Part shown: positions 9,744 through 20,745 of the stretch, piece after piece | How the letters are laid out: each line of letters starts with the position of its first letter | Numbering within the stretch: the first letter of the stretch is position 1 | Source: a bacterium | GTDB lineage: Bacteria; Hinthialibacterota; Hinthialibacteria; Hinthialibacterales; Hinthialibacteraceae | Reading direction: 5' to 3' | Assembly: GCA_963663405.2 (NCBI GenBank) | Contig: CAXXSM010000076.1 | Coordinates: 1-64,000 of the forward strand | DNA: 64,000 bases | Position numbers and translations under genes: made by a program | The notes under the pieces: generated by a model | Told to the model about the DNA's origin: nothing | What the model saw: the letters and a program-made list of their open reading frames with translations, nothing else | The model's database searches: none

Positions 9744-10694
9744 CATGGATTCATTTCGCTCCACCGCGGATTCGGCGGGAAGAGGAGAAGACGCTTGACT
9801 GAGCGAGGTGGATGGAGAGGCATAGAGCCGTTTCCACCGCGCGCCGTCACTTTCATCCCACCGCACCGCAAAACTCTTTTTGGGGAACCGGGCGTCAACG
9901 TAAATCGCCCGGAGATTCTCTTTTTCCATTACGTTCCATAACGCGCCGATCTTTTTATCCAGGTCCTGCGAGTTTAAGTCCCGCAGGACCAGCGCCCCGA
10001 TTCGCCGCCGGAAATGCAGATGGAGATTTCCGTTGGTCATAAATTCCGCCTCTACGATTTCTGGAAAAACAGGGGGAAGCGATGGATGATTCGCATCGTG
10101 ATTCACAAGTGTTTCAAAGAATTTCAATCCTTCCAAAACGCGGGAATCTTCGACCGCTTGTCCCGGTATGAAGGGAATACTGATTTCCCCATTGATTACG
10201 GGACAAGAGAGAATCTGTTGAATTTCCGGCTCCAAATCACTCCGGTCCATCCAAGAAAACTCACTTACAAGGTAAGGAGGCAGCACGACTCCTTCCCGGT
10301 CGATCCCATAAAGGTTCCCATCTTCCGGATTCAGCGCGTATGCGAGCGCGTGGCGTTCCTCGATTTTGATATCCAGCCGGCTTGGTGGCACACGCTGTAC
10401 TTGAACGCGCCGCACGGAAGGATGCGACTCCACACGCAGCATGATCTCCTCTAGATTGAGCATCCAAAGATTTGATCCTGGCGCGACACCCGCTAAAGCG
10501 CGGATCTCTTCCTGACTCACGCGTTTATAACCTTCAATCGAGATTTCCTTCACTTGAAAATCAGAACCGATCATAAAGAAGAAAAAATCCACACCAATGA
10601 AGAGCAAACCGGCCAACGTCGCTAATGCGATCGTGATTCGGCAGAAATTTCGCAGTACCATTCGAAAGGAGAGAAACCATCCTGACATGATCAT
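9741..10694 (-). CDS. ftsQ: Cell division protein FtsQ/DivIB
   Basis: N-terminal TM helix, POTRA domain (FQVKEISIEGYKRVSQEEI...HPSVRRVQVQRVPPSRLDIKIEER) and C-terminal YVDARF. ATG overlaps the murC stop (ATGA). Confidence 0.88.
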   Translation of the reverse strand: MIMSGWFLSFRMVLRNFCRITIALATLAGLLFIGVDFFFFMIGSDFQVKEISIEGYKRVSQEEIRALAGVAPGSNLWMLNLEEIMLRVESHPSVRRVQVQRVPPSRLDIKIEERHALAYALNPEDGNLYGIDREGVVLPPYLVSEFSWMDRSDLEPEIQQILSCPVINGEISIPFIPGQAVEDSRVLEGLKFFETLVNHDANHPSLPPVFPEIVEAEFMTNGNLHLHFRRRIGALVLRDLNSQDLDKKIGALWNVMEKENLRAIYVDARFPKKSFAVRWDESDGARWKRLYASPSTSLSQASSPLPAESAVERNESM

Positions 10695-12100
10695 TTGACA
10701 TGGACCTCCCCATTCGAATTCGCCGCGTTCTGAAGGAACGCTTCTCCAACTTTCCATACATCCCCCGCGCCGATCGTCACGATGGTGTCCCCTTGGTGGA
10801 CAATGGTTTGAAGCAAGTCAGGGATGTCATCCAGATAGGGAACATAGATCGCATCGACTCCACTCTTCTTCACCGGTTCCAATAAGATTTCGCCTGTAAC
10901 GCCAGGAACGGGCTGTTCACGGGCGGCGTAGATATCCGTCAAGATTAAGGTGTCGAGTCCGGTAAACGCCCGCCCAAAAGCGTCTTTCAATTTCAAGGTC
11001 CGGGAAAACAGGTGCGGTTGAAACACACCGATCAACCGGCCTGGATAGCGCTCCTTCAAGGCCGATACCACCGCGCGGATTTCTTCAGGATGATGGGCGT
11101 AATCATCAACCACACACACGCCGTTGGCGATTCCTTTCTCTTCCATCCGTCTCTTGACACCTTGAAAACGGTTGAGTGATTCGGCGGCTTGCGCGAATGG
11201 GATTCCTAACAGATCAGAGACACAAACCGCCGCCAGCGCATTATGCGCATTGGCTTTTCCACAGACCCGCAGAACAATTTCTCCAACCGATTGCCCTCGC
11301 AAGAAAACGGAAAACAAACAGCCCCGTTGACTGGGGATATAATTTCCACCCCGCGTGTCCGCGTTTTCCGCAAAACCATAGGTCCTGCAATTCGAAATTC
11401 CGTCATGAATTAATGAATGGGCGCGTTCACAGTCCGCCGAGATCACGATCCATCCATTATCCCGAACGCCTTGCAGAAATTTCCGGAATTGATTGGTTAT
11501 TGCGTCGATTCCGTCATAAAAGTCGAGATGGTCTTCATCGATATTGTTGACAATCGCAATATCGGGGTGAAACAAGAGAAACGAACCGTCGCTTTCATCT
11601 CCTTCCGCGACCGCCCATTCCCCATCTCCCATTCGGACATTCCCATCGATCGATGGCAAATCTCCCCCGATGAAGGCGGTGGGATCGAAATCACACTCAA
11701 GGAGAACATGCGTAATCATCGCTGTGACCGTCGTCTTGCCATGCGCGCCGGTGACAACGATGCTGCGGTATCGCTCCAGGAGGTAAGCCAGCAGTTCCGC
11801 CCGCCGCCAGACAGGGATTCCCTTGGCCCGCGCCGCGAGGAGTTCCGGATTGTCCGGTGGAATCGCGGACGAGGCGGCGACCAATGAAGCGCCTTCAATA
11901 TTCTCTGCTTGATGTGTGTGATAAATCCGGATTCCCATCTGTTTCAAACGTTCTGTAATCTCCGAACGGACCGGATCCGATCCGGATACGGTATACCCAA
12001 GGCGCAGTAAAGGAGGAGCCAGGGCGCTTACCCCGACACCGCCGATTCCGGCCAAGTGAATATGCCGCGTGTTTTCCGGCAGGTTCCGAGATTCCATCAT
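10691..12100 (-). CDS. murC: UDP-N-acetylmuramate-L-alanine ligase
   Basis: HLAGIGGVGVSALA, GAHGKTT, EGDESDGSF, DDYAHHP and FQPH. Confidence 0.97.
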   Translation of the reverse strand: MMESRNLPENTRHIHLAGIGGVGVSALAPPLLRLGYTVSGSDPVRSEITERLKQMGIRIYHTHQAENIEGASLVAASSAIPPDNPELLAARAKGIPVWRRAELLAYLLERYRSIVVTGAHGKTTVTAMITHVLLECDFDPTAFIGGDLPSIDGNVRMGDGEWAVAEGDESDGSFLLFHPDIAIVNNIDEDHLDFYDGIDAITNQFRKFLQGVRDNGWIVISADCERAHSLIHDGISNCRTYGFAENADTRGGNYIPSQRGCLFSVFLRGQSVGEIVLRVCGKANAHNALAAVCVSDLLGIPFAQAAESLNRFQGVKRRMEEKGIANGVCVVDDYAHHPEEIRAVVSALKERYPGRLIGVFQPHLFSRTLKLKDAFGRAFTGLDTLILTDIYAAREQPVPGVTGEILLEPVKKSGVDAIYVPYLDDIPDLLQTIVHQGDTIVTIGAGDVWKVGEAFLQNAANSNGEVHVK

Positions 12101-13230
12101 TCGTCTCTCTCAAACATTCGCAGAAGATGGCCGGCGATTTCATTCGCGGCTTCGGCGCGGGAATGCGCCTGCGCCCGCTGGCCCATTTCGATTCGCTTTT
12201 CTTTATTTTGTATTAGATCGCACAGCGCATCGGCCATGCGGTCCACCGTTAATTCTTTTTCCAAGACCATCTCCGCCGCGCCTGTGCGGACAAATTCTTC
12301 CGCATTGACACGCTGATGATCTTCACTCGCATAGGGATAGGGAACGAGGATCGAAGGCAATCCCCAAAGGGCGATTTCTGAAAGTGAGCCCGCTCCCGCC
12401 CGGCTGATGACGAGATCAGCCATTCGATACGCGGCGGCCATATCAAGCAGATACGGTTTCAATTCCACACCTTCAGGCCATCGCCTCTCTATCGCCTTTT
12501 CATAATTCCGTTCGCCGGTCTGGATCAATGCGCGGAACGGAACGCCTTTTTCCGTCAATATTTCTAACGCGCCATGCGCGGTTTCCACAAGTTTCTTCGC
12601 GCCCTGGCTGCCCCCTATCAGTAAAATGGAAAGGGGGGAGCCATCGTTTCGCGCATCCGTTTTCCCTTCTTTAGCGGCTTCCAAGAGTTCGCTGCGAACA
12701 GGTAATCCAGTGTGATAGCAGGGGAACTCGGACAAGGCGGTCATTGTTTTTTTGAAAGTTACGAACACCATGTCACACCACTTCGCCATACGCCGATTCA
12801 CCAATCCAGGAATGGTGTTCTGCTCATGGAGCGCCAATTTCCAACCCAGCATTTTCCCCGCCATCATCGCGGGGGCGGACACGTATCCGCCAACGCCAAA
12901 CACAATCCCTTTCCCCTGTTTCTTCATAATCCGGACGCACCGCGTGATTCCCATGCCGAACAACCATAACGCGCGGACATTACCCCACGCCAATCGTCTC
13001 CGCAGCCCCTCCAACCGCAATCCATAAAACGGAATCACCCGTTGTTCAGCTTCGGCGCGGTCCCGCTCCGCGTCACGGCCGATAAACAATAGCGAGACAT
13101 CCGGATTCATGCGTCTCAAAGCCTCCGCGACTGAAAGAAGCGGATACAAATGTCCACCCGTGCCTCCGCCCGTGATTACTACGGGAAGGGAAGGGGAGTT
13201 ATGGATTGAATTCGCGGCCTGGTTCCGCAA
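12097..13230 (-). CDS. murG: Lipid II GlcNAc transferase MurG
   Basis: GGGTGGHLYP, GGYVS, HEQN, GGSQGA, SRAGA and HQ..NA motifs. Confidence 0.97.
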   Translation of the reverse strand: MRNQAANSIHNSPSLPVVITGGGTGGHLYPLLSVAEALRRMNPDVSLLFIGRDAERDRAEAEQRVIPFYGLRLEGLRRRLAWGNVRALWLFGMGITRCVRIMKKQGKGIVFGVGGYVSAPAMMAGKMLGWKLALHEQNTIPGLVNRRMAKWCDMVFVTFKKTMTALSEFPCYHTGLPVRSELLEAAKEGKTDARNDGSPLSILLIGGSQGAKKLVETAHGALEILTEKGVPFRALIQTGERNYEKAIERRWPEGVELKPYLLDMAAAYRMADLVISRAGAGSLSEIALWGLPSILVPYPYASEDHQRVNAEEFVRTGAAEMVLEKELTVDRMADALCDLIQNKEKRIEMGQRAQAHSRAEAANEIAGHLLRMFERDE

Positions 13231-13307
13231 CGCATTCTCCTTAATTCGATTTCAATCCTGCGTTCATTCAAATCAGCGCCTATAACAGGCGCAGTTCGAT
13301 ACCATAC

Positions 13308-14478
13308 TTAATAAAGACCAACGGAATACGCGTGGCGCTGTTTTTTCAGACTTCGCCGGACGGGATGTCTCTCATCCAGCGCGAAACTTTCCTTCGCTAT
13401 ATTGATCAGCAGCCCCACCATCGACATACACGCCACAAGTGAGGAGCCTCCATACGAAATAAAAGGCAGGGAAATCCCGGTCGTGGGCGTCAAACCGGTC
13501 ACAACCGCGAGATTCAACGCTGTCTGAAATCCGATCGCCGTCGTGCATCCGATCGCCAGCAGCGTTCCGAATGGATTGACGCAGCGCAACGCCACCAGAT
13601 ACCCCAGAAGAATCAGTGATAAATACATTCCTAAAACAATCGAACAGCGGAAAAAGCCTAACTCTTCACCCATAATGGAAAAGATAAAATCGGTATGAGG
13701 TTCAGGCGTAAATCCAAGCTGACCCAAACCATTCCCGACACCCACACCCGCTACACCGCCATGCGCGATAGTGCTAATGGATTGTTTCAGCTGATACGCT
13801 AATGTGGGATAATCTTCCGGATATATCCATGCCCAGATTCGATCGAATAAATGCGGTTTCAACCACAACGCGAATAACAGCGCCACGAGAAAAATCGGCA
13901 GCGCTTGCACAAGGTGAAGGATTCTTCCCCCAGCGGCGAACCAGAGGACAAAGATGAGTATGCCGATAAAAAAGACAGTTCCATGATCGGGCTCGATAAT
14001 AATCAAGAAGAGCGCCAATCCGACTACAATCATTGGGATACAAAATCCCTTTGACAAACGAGCCCAGTTCTTCTTTCCGCTCCGCCCAAACAGCGGCGAG
14101 GTAGAGCACAATCGTGAGTTTGGCGAAATCAGACGGCTGCACTTTTACGAATGGTGTATTGAGCCATCGCGTGGCGCCATGGGATTTAAACCCAAATGGA
14201 GGAATTAAGATCAATACAAGAAGAAACAGCGCTAATAGCATTAAAAACCGGGCTTTGGGCTGCCATAGGTTATAATCGTACATCGAAAAGAAACCGAGTC
14301 CCGCAAGCCCAATGCTGAACCAGATCAGCTGCTTTCCCATATATTCATAAACGTTCCCATCCGCCAGCGAAGAGGAAACATACTGGCTGGAACTCATCAC
14401 CATCACCACTCCCAACAACACCAGCGCGATGGTGACAATAAACAGAGACGTGATGACAAGGGAGCCCATTTTTCTCAT
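13308..14478 (-). CDS. ftsW: Peptidoglycan glycosyltransferase FtsW (SEDS), split by a +1 frameshift near 14035
   Basis: The 5' ORF has GATRWL..QPSDFAK; the 3' ORF has EPDHGT, PEPHTDFIF and LPFISYGGSS. Removing one base from GGG at 14035-14037 restores KGILYPMIVVG. Confidence 0.92.
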
Positions 14479-15857
14479 GCTTCAAACTCCAAGACGCTTT
14501 TCTTAAAGCAATCGCCTCTCTCCTGATAATTCGCGAACATATCGAAACTAGAACAGCCAGGCGACAAGACAAAACTTTCGCCCGGATTTCCATCACGCAG
14601 CCCATGTTCCACCGCCGCTTCCAGCGACGGCTCCATCTCGGCGTGGGTCAAGGATCCCCACACGCGGGCGAACGTCTCCGCCGCCTCACCGATTAGATGA
14701 ACGGCGCAGACTTTTTCTTGGATCAACGCCGCAAGAGACGATGGCGAATCTCCCTTCGCGCGCCCGCCCGCAATGAGGCGAATCGGAGCGGGCAGCGATC
14801 GAAGCGCCGTCTCCAGCGCGTGTATATTGGTGGCTTTGGAATCGTTGTAACATCGAATCCCCCGCTTCTCGGTCACATATTCCAACCGGTGCGGCAGAGA
14901 TTGAAACGACTCCAGCGCCTCTAACGCCTCAGCAGGATGAATCCCCGCGCTCAGACAGGCGCCGATGGACGCCAGGGAATTCAAAATAAACTGAGGCAGC
15001 TGATTAGCGAGTGAGCGTCCAGAGAGACGCTCTTCCCTCGAATCGCCGCGGACGATAACGGTTCCATCTTGATAGAAGACGCCATCAGGCCTCAATTCAT
15101 CAATTGAGAAAGCCCGCCGTCTTGATGAAACCCAATCCGGGCAATTGCCCTCAACCCCGAGGCCCATCCAAAGCGCCTCGCTGGGCCGTTGATTCTTCAC
15201 CATGCGAAACTTGGTTTCGTAATACTGTTCTGTGGACTCATACCGGTCGAGATGATCAGGAGCCAGGTTTGTGATCACTCCAACGTCCGCCTTAAATTGA
15301 TCGAAAGTTTCCGCTTGAAAACTGCTGACTTCCAACACCAATGGGGCGTCGTTCCCACGATCTTCCTCCATGGCCAGCGCAGCCACAGGCGCTCCGACGT
15401 TGCCCGCCAGAGATACACTCCGGCCGCGCGTCTTGAAGATATGAGCGATCATGTTCACCACAGTCGTTTTCCCATTGGTTCCCGTAACAGCCAGCGTAAA
15501 TCGTTCTAGGAACCGGCTGGCCAATTCCATCTCTCCCAAGAGAGGAATCCCCGTTGCGCGCAGCCAATCAAAGAACGCGCCGAATGGTGGGACACCTGGA
15601 CTGATTACGCAGAAATCCAATTCTTGGATCGGGCGCAATTCGCCAAACAAACAACGCGCGCCCCTCGGTTCCCACTCGTGACGGATGGCGCTTTCTTTCG
15701 CACGATCCGCGTCGTAAATCCAAAGATGAGCGCCTTCGCGATGCAAGAGACCGGCGGCGGCGTTCCCGCTCGTTCCCATTCCGAGAACCAGCGCATTCAA
15801 TCCGTCCACCTTTGGATTCGGTCCCTTCAACCGGTCGCGAATGGATTCTTTGGTCAT
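14475..15857 (-). CDS. murD: UDP-MurNAc-L-Ala-D-glutamate ligase
   Basis: GMGTSG, TGTNGKTT, EVSSFQ, DHLDR, NDSKATN and LSPGCSSFDMF. Confidence 0.97.
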   Translation of the reverse strand: MTKESIRDRLKGPNPKVDGLNALVLGMGTSGNAAAGLLHREGAHLWIYDADRAKESAIRHEWEPRGARCLFGELRPIQELDFCVISPGVPPFGAFFDWLRATGIPLLGEMELASRFLERFTLAVTGTNGKTTVVNMIAHIFKTRGRSVSLAGNVGAPVAALAMEEDRGNDAPLVLEVSSFQAETFDQFKADVGVITNLAPDHLDRYESTEQYYETKFRMVKNQRPSEALWMGLGVEGNCPDWVSSRRRAFSIDELRPDGVFYQDGTVIVRGDSREERLSGRSLANQLPQFILNSLASIGACLSAGIHPAEALEALESFQSLPHRLEYVTEKRGIRCYNDSKATNIHALETALRSLPAPIRLIAGGRAKGDSPSSLAALIQEKVCAVHLIGEAAETFARVWGSLTHAEMEPSLEAAVEHGLRDGNPGESFVLSPGCSSFDMFANYQERGDCFKKSVLEFEA

Positions 15858-15965
15858 ACAACACCTTGGTATTCAGTCCTCTCTAAAATGTCCTAAAGCA
15901 TTCCATTCCGATTCGTTCGGGTAATGCTAGTTCTATCCAATCAGCCGCCTGAAAGGCTTTTTGAT

Positions 15966-17081
15966 TCATCGCAATTTCAAAGTCGCCAAGCCCATTAACG
16001 CGAAGATGGACGCAAGTATCCAAAATCGTACGACAATCGTCGTCTCCGAAATTCCTTTCATCTCGAAATGGTGATGAATCGGAGCCATTAAGAACACCCG
16101 TTTGCCGCCTCGATACCGGTAAGAGAGCACTTGAATAATCACGGACAGCGCCTCCATCACAAACACGCCACCGATGATGAATAACAACAGTTCCTGCTTA
16201 ATCAATACGGCGATGGTTCCCAACGCCCCTCCCAAAGCCAGCGAGCCGGTATCGCCCATAAACATCTGGGCCGGATGCGCGTTGTACCATAAAAAAGCCG
16301 CCGCCGCCCCTGCCAGGGCCATCGTAAACACGGTCAATTCTCCGCTTTGAGGCACGTGGATAATTCCCAAATACCGGCTCCAATCAATACGCCCGACAAT
16401 GTATGTCAGCGCGGAAAACGCCAATGTGGCGATGATCACACATCCACTGGCCAAGCCGTCCAATCCATCGGTCAAGTTCACGGCGTTCGATGAGCCCGTG
16501 ATTACAATCGCCACAAACGGAATATAGAAAATTCCCAAAGGAATAAAGACATTCTTTAAAAAAGGAAGCGGTATATCATACGGCCGGCCGGCGATCAATG
16601 GATGCAAAAAGTAAAGCGAAAATCCCAAGGCCAATCCGACACTGAGCTGCACAATCAATTTCTGTTTCGCGCGCACTCCCCGGTACTGCTTTTCCATCAA
16701 TTTCGTATAGTCATCTAAAAAACCAAGCGCCCCCAGCGCTAAGGTGACGACTAAACTGGTGACGACCAACGGATTCGTCAATTTCCCCCAGATCAAGATC
16801 GAGATCGTCACCGACGCGAGAATTAACGTGCCCCCCATCGTCGGCGTGCCGGATTTCCCTTTATGACGTTCGTATAAATCTTTCACGCCTTCCCCGCGGA
16901 TTGTCTGGCCGATCTTCATTTGACGCAGACACCGGATAAACCAAGGTCCGATCACAACTCCCACGACCATGGCCGTCACAGCGCCCATCGCGGCGCGGAA
17001 CGAAAGATAATTGATTACGCGCAGGAAACCCAACATATCGGGATAGAACTGGGATAACGGATAGAGCCACATTAAAGCCAT
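15966..17081 (-). CDS. mraY: Phospho-MurNAc-pentapeptide transferase
   Basis: KSGTPTMGG, NAVNLTDGLDGL, FMGDTGS and MAPIHHHFE. Confidence 0.98.
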   Translation of the reverse strand: MALMWLYPLSQFYPDMLGFLRVINYLSFRAAMGAVTAMVVGVVIGPWFIRCLRQMKIGQTIRGEGVKDLYERHKGKSGTPTMGGTLILASVTISILIWGKLTNPLVVTSLVVTLALGALGFLDDYTKLMEKQYRGVRAKQKLIVQLSVGLALGFSLYFLHPLIAGRPYDIPLPFLKNVFIPLGIFYIPFVAIVITGSSNAVNLTDGLDGLASGCVIIATLAFSALTYIVGRIDWSRYLGIIHVPQSGELTVFTMALAGAAAAFLWYNAHPAQMFMGDTGSLALGGALGTIAVLIKQELLLFIIGGVFVMEALSVIIQVLSYRYRGGKRVFLMAPIHHHFEMKGISETTIVVRFWILASIFALMGLATLKLR

Positions 17082-18562
17082 GTCCCGCCTCCTTTCCCTT
17101 TCCCGCTTTCAATCAATAAATTTCTTGTGATCTCACGATCGTCGAAAGGCGTCTTTTCTCGTCCCAAGATCTGATACGTCTCATGCCCCTTCCCGGCGAT
17201 GAGAAAAATATCCCCTTCCCGGAGTTCTTTGACACCGGCTTTCAGCGCTTCGCGCCGGTCGGATATAATCGTGTAACGATCTCTCTGCTCCCGCATTCCG
17301 GTTTCTATATCCTCTATGATCCGGTCAGGGTTTTCAGTGCGTGGATTATCCGAAGTCACAATCACCCGGTCACTGTGAGCCAAGGCGATCGCGCCCATCT
17401 GTGGCCGTTTTGTCTTATCTCGATCCCCCCCGCATCCAAAGAGAGTAATGATGCGTTGGTGGGGTATCGCTTTCAACGCGCGCAGACATTTATCCAACGC
17501 GTCTGGTGTATGGGAATAATCGACGACGACCTGCGCGTTGATGCGGTTCGGCACGGTTTCCATCCGGCCGGGAACATTTTTCATTTTCGCGATCCCGCGC
17601 CAAATCGCTTCCACCGGTGTCCCGCAGGCCCACGCCAGCGCCGCCGCTCCCAACACGTTGTAAACGTTAAACCGGCCGATCAATCCCGTCTCTACAGGGA
17701 TCTCAATATCAGGGAATGCGATTTCGAACGTAGAGCCATGCATACCGATATCCAGGTTCCTGGCGATTACATCCGCGACATCCTGAATCCCGTATGTGAC
17801 AATCCTGCGGCCGTGAATCTCTCTTATCATTTTCCTTCCCGCTTCATCATCGGAATTGATTACGGCGGGTCTGCCTTGTTTTAAAAACTCGGAGAACAAC
17901 CGGATTTTCGTCCGGCGGTAGTGCTCCATATCGGGATGAAAATCGAGATGATCCTGAGACAGATTGGTAAAAAGCGCCGCGTCAAATTTCATCTCGTCCA
18001 CCCGGTGCAGGGCCAATCCGTGCGAAGAAACTTCCATGACCAATCGCTGCACACCCGTATCGGCGATCTCCCGCAGCAACCCCTGCATAAGATGGGGAAG
18101 CGGAGTGGTGTTGGGCGCGTCCCGGCGGACATCGGCGAATCGGTATTCAATCGTTCCGAGAACGCCGGTCCGTTCTCCCGCTTCCTTCCAAATACTTTCC
18201 AACAAGTAGGTCGAGGTTGTTTTCCCGTTCGATCCGGTGACTCCCGCCAGTTTCAACTCACGGGCTGGATGCGCGAAAAAGTTCGCGGCGAGAATAGGCA
18301 GGGCTTCCAGCGTGTCCGCCACACGAATCTGTGGAAGCGGCGCGCTGGTGAAGGTCTGCACAACCGCCGCGCATGCGCCGCGCTTCGCGGCTTCATCGAG
18401 AAAGTCGTGACCGTCGAAAGAAGATCCAACCAACGCGATAAACAGATCCCCCGCTTGGACAAGGCGGGAATCGCAGACGATGTTTCGCACATCCGCTGGG
18501 ATTCCACCCCGTTGTTCTACAGCGGTGATCCGGTTAAATATCTTTTGTCCCTCAACCATCAT
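17072..18562 (-). CDS. murE: UDP-MurNAc-tripeptide synthetase (meso-DAP type)
   Basis: TGSNGKTT, NTTP, MEVSSH, DHLDFH, SDNPR (DAP-specific motif) and AGKGHE. GAGGAG RBS before ATG 18562. Confidence 0.96.
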   Translation of the reverse strand: MMVEGQKIFNRITAVEQRGGIPADVRNIVCDSRLVQAGDLFIALVGSSFDGHDFLDEAAKRGACAAVVQTFTSAPLPQIRVADTLEALPILAANFFAHPARELKLAGVTGSNGKTTSTYLLESIWKEAGERTGVLGTIEYRFADVRRDAPNTTPLPHLMQGLLREIADTGVQRLVMEVSSHGLALHRVDEMKFDAALFTNLSQDHLDFHPDMEHYRRTKIRLFSEFLKQGRPAVINSDDEAGRKMIREIHGRRIVTYGIQDVADVIARNLDIGMHGSTFEIAFPDIEIPVETGLIGRFNVYNVLGAAALAWACGTPVEAIWRGIAKMKNVPGRMETVPNRINAQVVVDYSHTPDALDKCLRALKAIPHQRIITLFGCGGDRDKTKRPQMGAIALAHSDRVIVTSDNPRTENPDRIIEDIETGMREQRDRYTIISDRREALKAGVKELREGDIFLIAGKGHETYQILGREKTPFDDREITRNLLIESGKGKGGGTWL

Positions 18563-18615
18563 AATTCTCCTCTTCGAGGAGCGTTCAAAATACAAATAAG
18601 ATGTCAGACAACGTC

Positions 18616-20745
18616 TTAACGTTGGGCGACCAACGCGGAAGATTCCTCGATCGCTGGATCGCTTAAAACCGGCTCGCATCGCAGCGTCCCCGCGTCCTCA
18701 CGGGCGCCGAGAGGCGTCCCGCCGGGGATACTTTGTTCGATGATTTTGCCCGATCCTTCAAACTTCGCTTTCAGCCCATGCAGGGTCAATTGAATATACG
18801 CTTCACGAGTCGTCAGACCGATCAAATTCGGCATCACACCAACTTCTCTTGTCCAATCCCGGTGGATTGAAAATGGCATTACTTTTCTTACGCCAAACGT
18901 GCGTGGAGTGTGTTGTTTCACCGCTACGGTTGTTTTTGGCTTTGGTTTGTTTTCCGTTTCTTGCAAAAGGGGATCTTCTTTATAGGTAGGCGTCAGCCCC
19001 CAATACGCGATCAATTCTCCCGCGATGGTTTTCCATACAGGCCCACTGACTTTCCCCCCATATTTTCCTTTTTTCGGTTCATCCACCATGACGAAGATGA
19101 CGGCCTTTGGCGCCTCCGCTGGGAAAAAGCCGGCGAAAGACGCGATTCGCTTTCCTTTTCCATAGCCATGAGTTTCGGGATCGTATTTCTGGGCGGTGCC
19201 TGTTTTGCCGGCGATATGAAATCCTGGAATCCGCACGAGCGTTCCTGTGCCCTCTTCATCTTCTGTCACGTCAATCATCATACGCACAATTAGATCGATA
19301 ACACGTTTATCCTTGATGACGTCATGTGGTGGTTCCGGCACTTCGGAATAGAATTTCCCGTCAATCCCTTGAAAACCTTTCACAATGCGCGGCGGTTTAT
19401 AAACGCCTCGATTGGCAAGGGCGCCATAAGCGGCGCAAAGAATCAAGGAATTGGTCGCCATTTCCTGCCCGAATGGAACCGCTCCAATCGATGACTGCAA
19501 CCAAGACTCGGCCGGCCGTAAAAGGCCATGACTTTCCCCCTGTAATAGCGTAGTATTTTTTTTATCTTCGTCCCGGTAATCCTTAAAACCGAACGCTTTC
19601 AGATAGCTGCGGATAATCCGGGCCTGCTCTAGATAGTCTTCGGAATTGGCGCCGAGGCGCTGCGCGATTTTCACCATCCCAATGTTGCTGGATTTCACCA
19701 AGACATCATGAACCGTTAATATTCCAAAGCGGTGAATATCATCGCGTATCCCTCTTGGCTTCCCCGGAAAAATATAAAGGCCGTTTTCACAATCGATGGG
19801 TGTGCTTGGCGTCACGACTCCTTTTTCAAGCGCCGCCGCTAGTACAAAAGGCTTTAATACAGAGCCGGGTTCATAGACATCCGTCAAAATCCGGTTCCGC
19901 AGCAAAGCCGGTTTCTTGAGGTAGTCGCTGTATTGATTGGGATCAAACGTAGGATAACTGGCGAACGCCAGGATATCTCCGGTTTGTGGCTGCATGACAA
20001 TCGCATGGGCGGATATGGCGTTTTGCTCTGTGACGACTTTTTCCAATTCCCGTTCTACGATGTATTGAATGTAGCCATCGATTGTAAGTATCACATCAGC
20101 GCCGCGCGTAATGAGTTTTGTCAAATCGCGTGTTAAAAGAGGACGGCACACAATATCTTTAACAACATCCGTCACCGATTGACTTTGGCCTTCCAGTTCA
20201 CTATCCAGTGTGAATTCGATTCCCCCCAAGCCTTTGTTATCCCGGCCGGTGTAGCCAATCAGGGGCGCCGCAAGAGATCCTTCCGGATAGCAGCGGATCG
20301 GATCTTCTAGGAATCCCACGCCGGGGATGTCCAATTCCTTGATTTCATCCTTTTGCCGCTTTGTTAGATTCTTGATCCAATCCCGCCATCGTGGCCCTTT
20401 CTTTAACATCTTCGCCATATAGGCGTCCCACTCTTCAGACGAAAGCGCAAGGATATTCTTGATTTTTACGATTTCCGTCGCGTCATCGATCCGCGCCGTA
20501 TCAAAATTCAGCGTATACCGCTTGAAATTCAACGCCAGCGGACGTTTGAAGCAATCATAAATAAATCCACGGGCCGCGGGTAGTATCGTATAATAATTCC
20601 GGGAGCGGGAATTCTGTTTAATTAAATCGGGCGCCTGAATGATTTGAATGAAATACAATCGCAGAACGATTCCCGTGAAAATAAGAGCGGCGCCCCCCAT
20701 CAACAGGAGAATTCGAAAGCGGGAAAGCTGCGTATATTGATTCAT
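18616..20745 (-). CDS. ftsI: Class B penicillin-binding protein with C-terminal PASTA domain
   Basis: SxxK (GSVLK), SSN, KTG motifs and PASTA-like VMPNLIGLT. ATG overlaps the ftsL stop. Confidence 0.93.
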   Translation of the reverse strand: MNQYTQLSRFRILLLMGGAALIFTGIVLRLYFIQIIQAPDLIKQNSRSRNYYTILPAARGFIYDCFKRPLALNFKRYTLNFDTARIDDATEIVKIKNILALSSEEWDAYMAKMLKKGPRWRDWIKNLTKRQKDEIKELDIPGVGFLEDPIRCYPEGSLAAPLIGYTGRDNKGLGGIEFTLDSELEGQSQSVTDVVKDIVCRPLLTRDLTKLITRGADVILTIDGYIQYIVERELEKVVTEQNAISAHAIVMQPQTGDILAFASYPTFDPNQYSDYLKKPALLRNRILTDVYEPGSVLKPFVLAAALEKGVVTPSTPIDCENGLYIFPGKPRGIRDDIHRFGILTVHDVLVKSSNIGMVKIAQRLGANSEDYLEQARIIRSYLKAFGFKDYRDEDKKNTTLLQGESHGLLRPAESWLQSSIGAVPFGQEMATNSLILCAAYGALANRGVYKPPRIVKGFQGIDGKFYSEVPEPPHDVIKDKRVIDLIVRMMIDVTEDEEGTGTLVRIPGFHIAGKTGTAQKYDPETHGYGKGKRIASFAGFFPAEAPKAVIFVMVDEPKKGKYGGKVSGPVWKTIAGELIAYWGLTPTYKEDPLLQETENKPKPKTTVAVKQHTPRTFGVRKVMPFSIHRDWTREVGVMPNLIGLTTREAYIQLTLHGLKAKFEGSGKIIEQSIPGGTPLGAREDAGTLRCEPVLSDPAIEESSALVAQR

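Noticed and set aside
8216-15965. Small hairpins in dcw intergenic gaps (8334-8353, ~13276-13292, ~15897-15966)
   Set aside because: Short stems without U-tracts or mutual similarity; ordinary mRNA structure at best.
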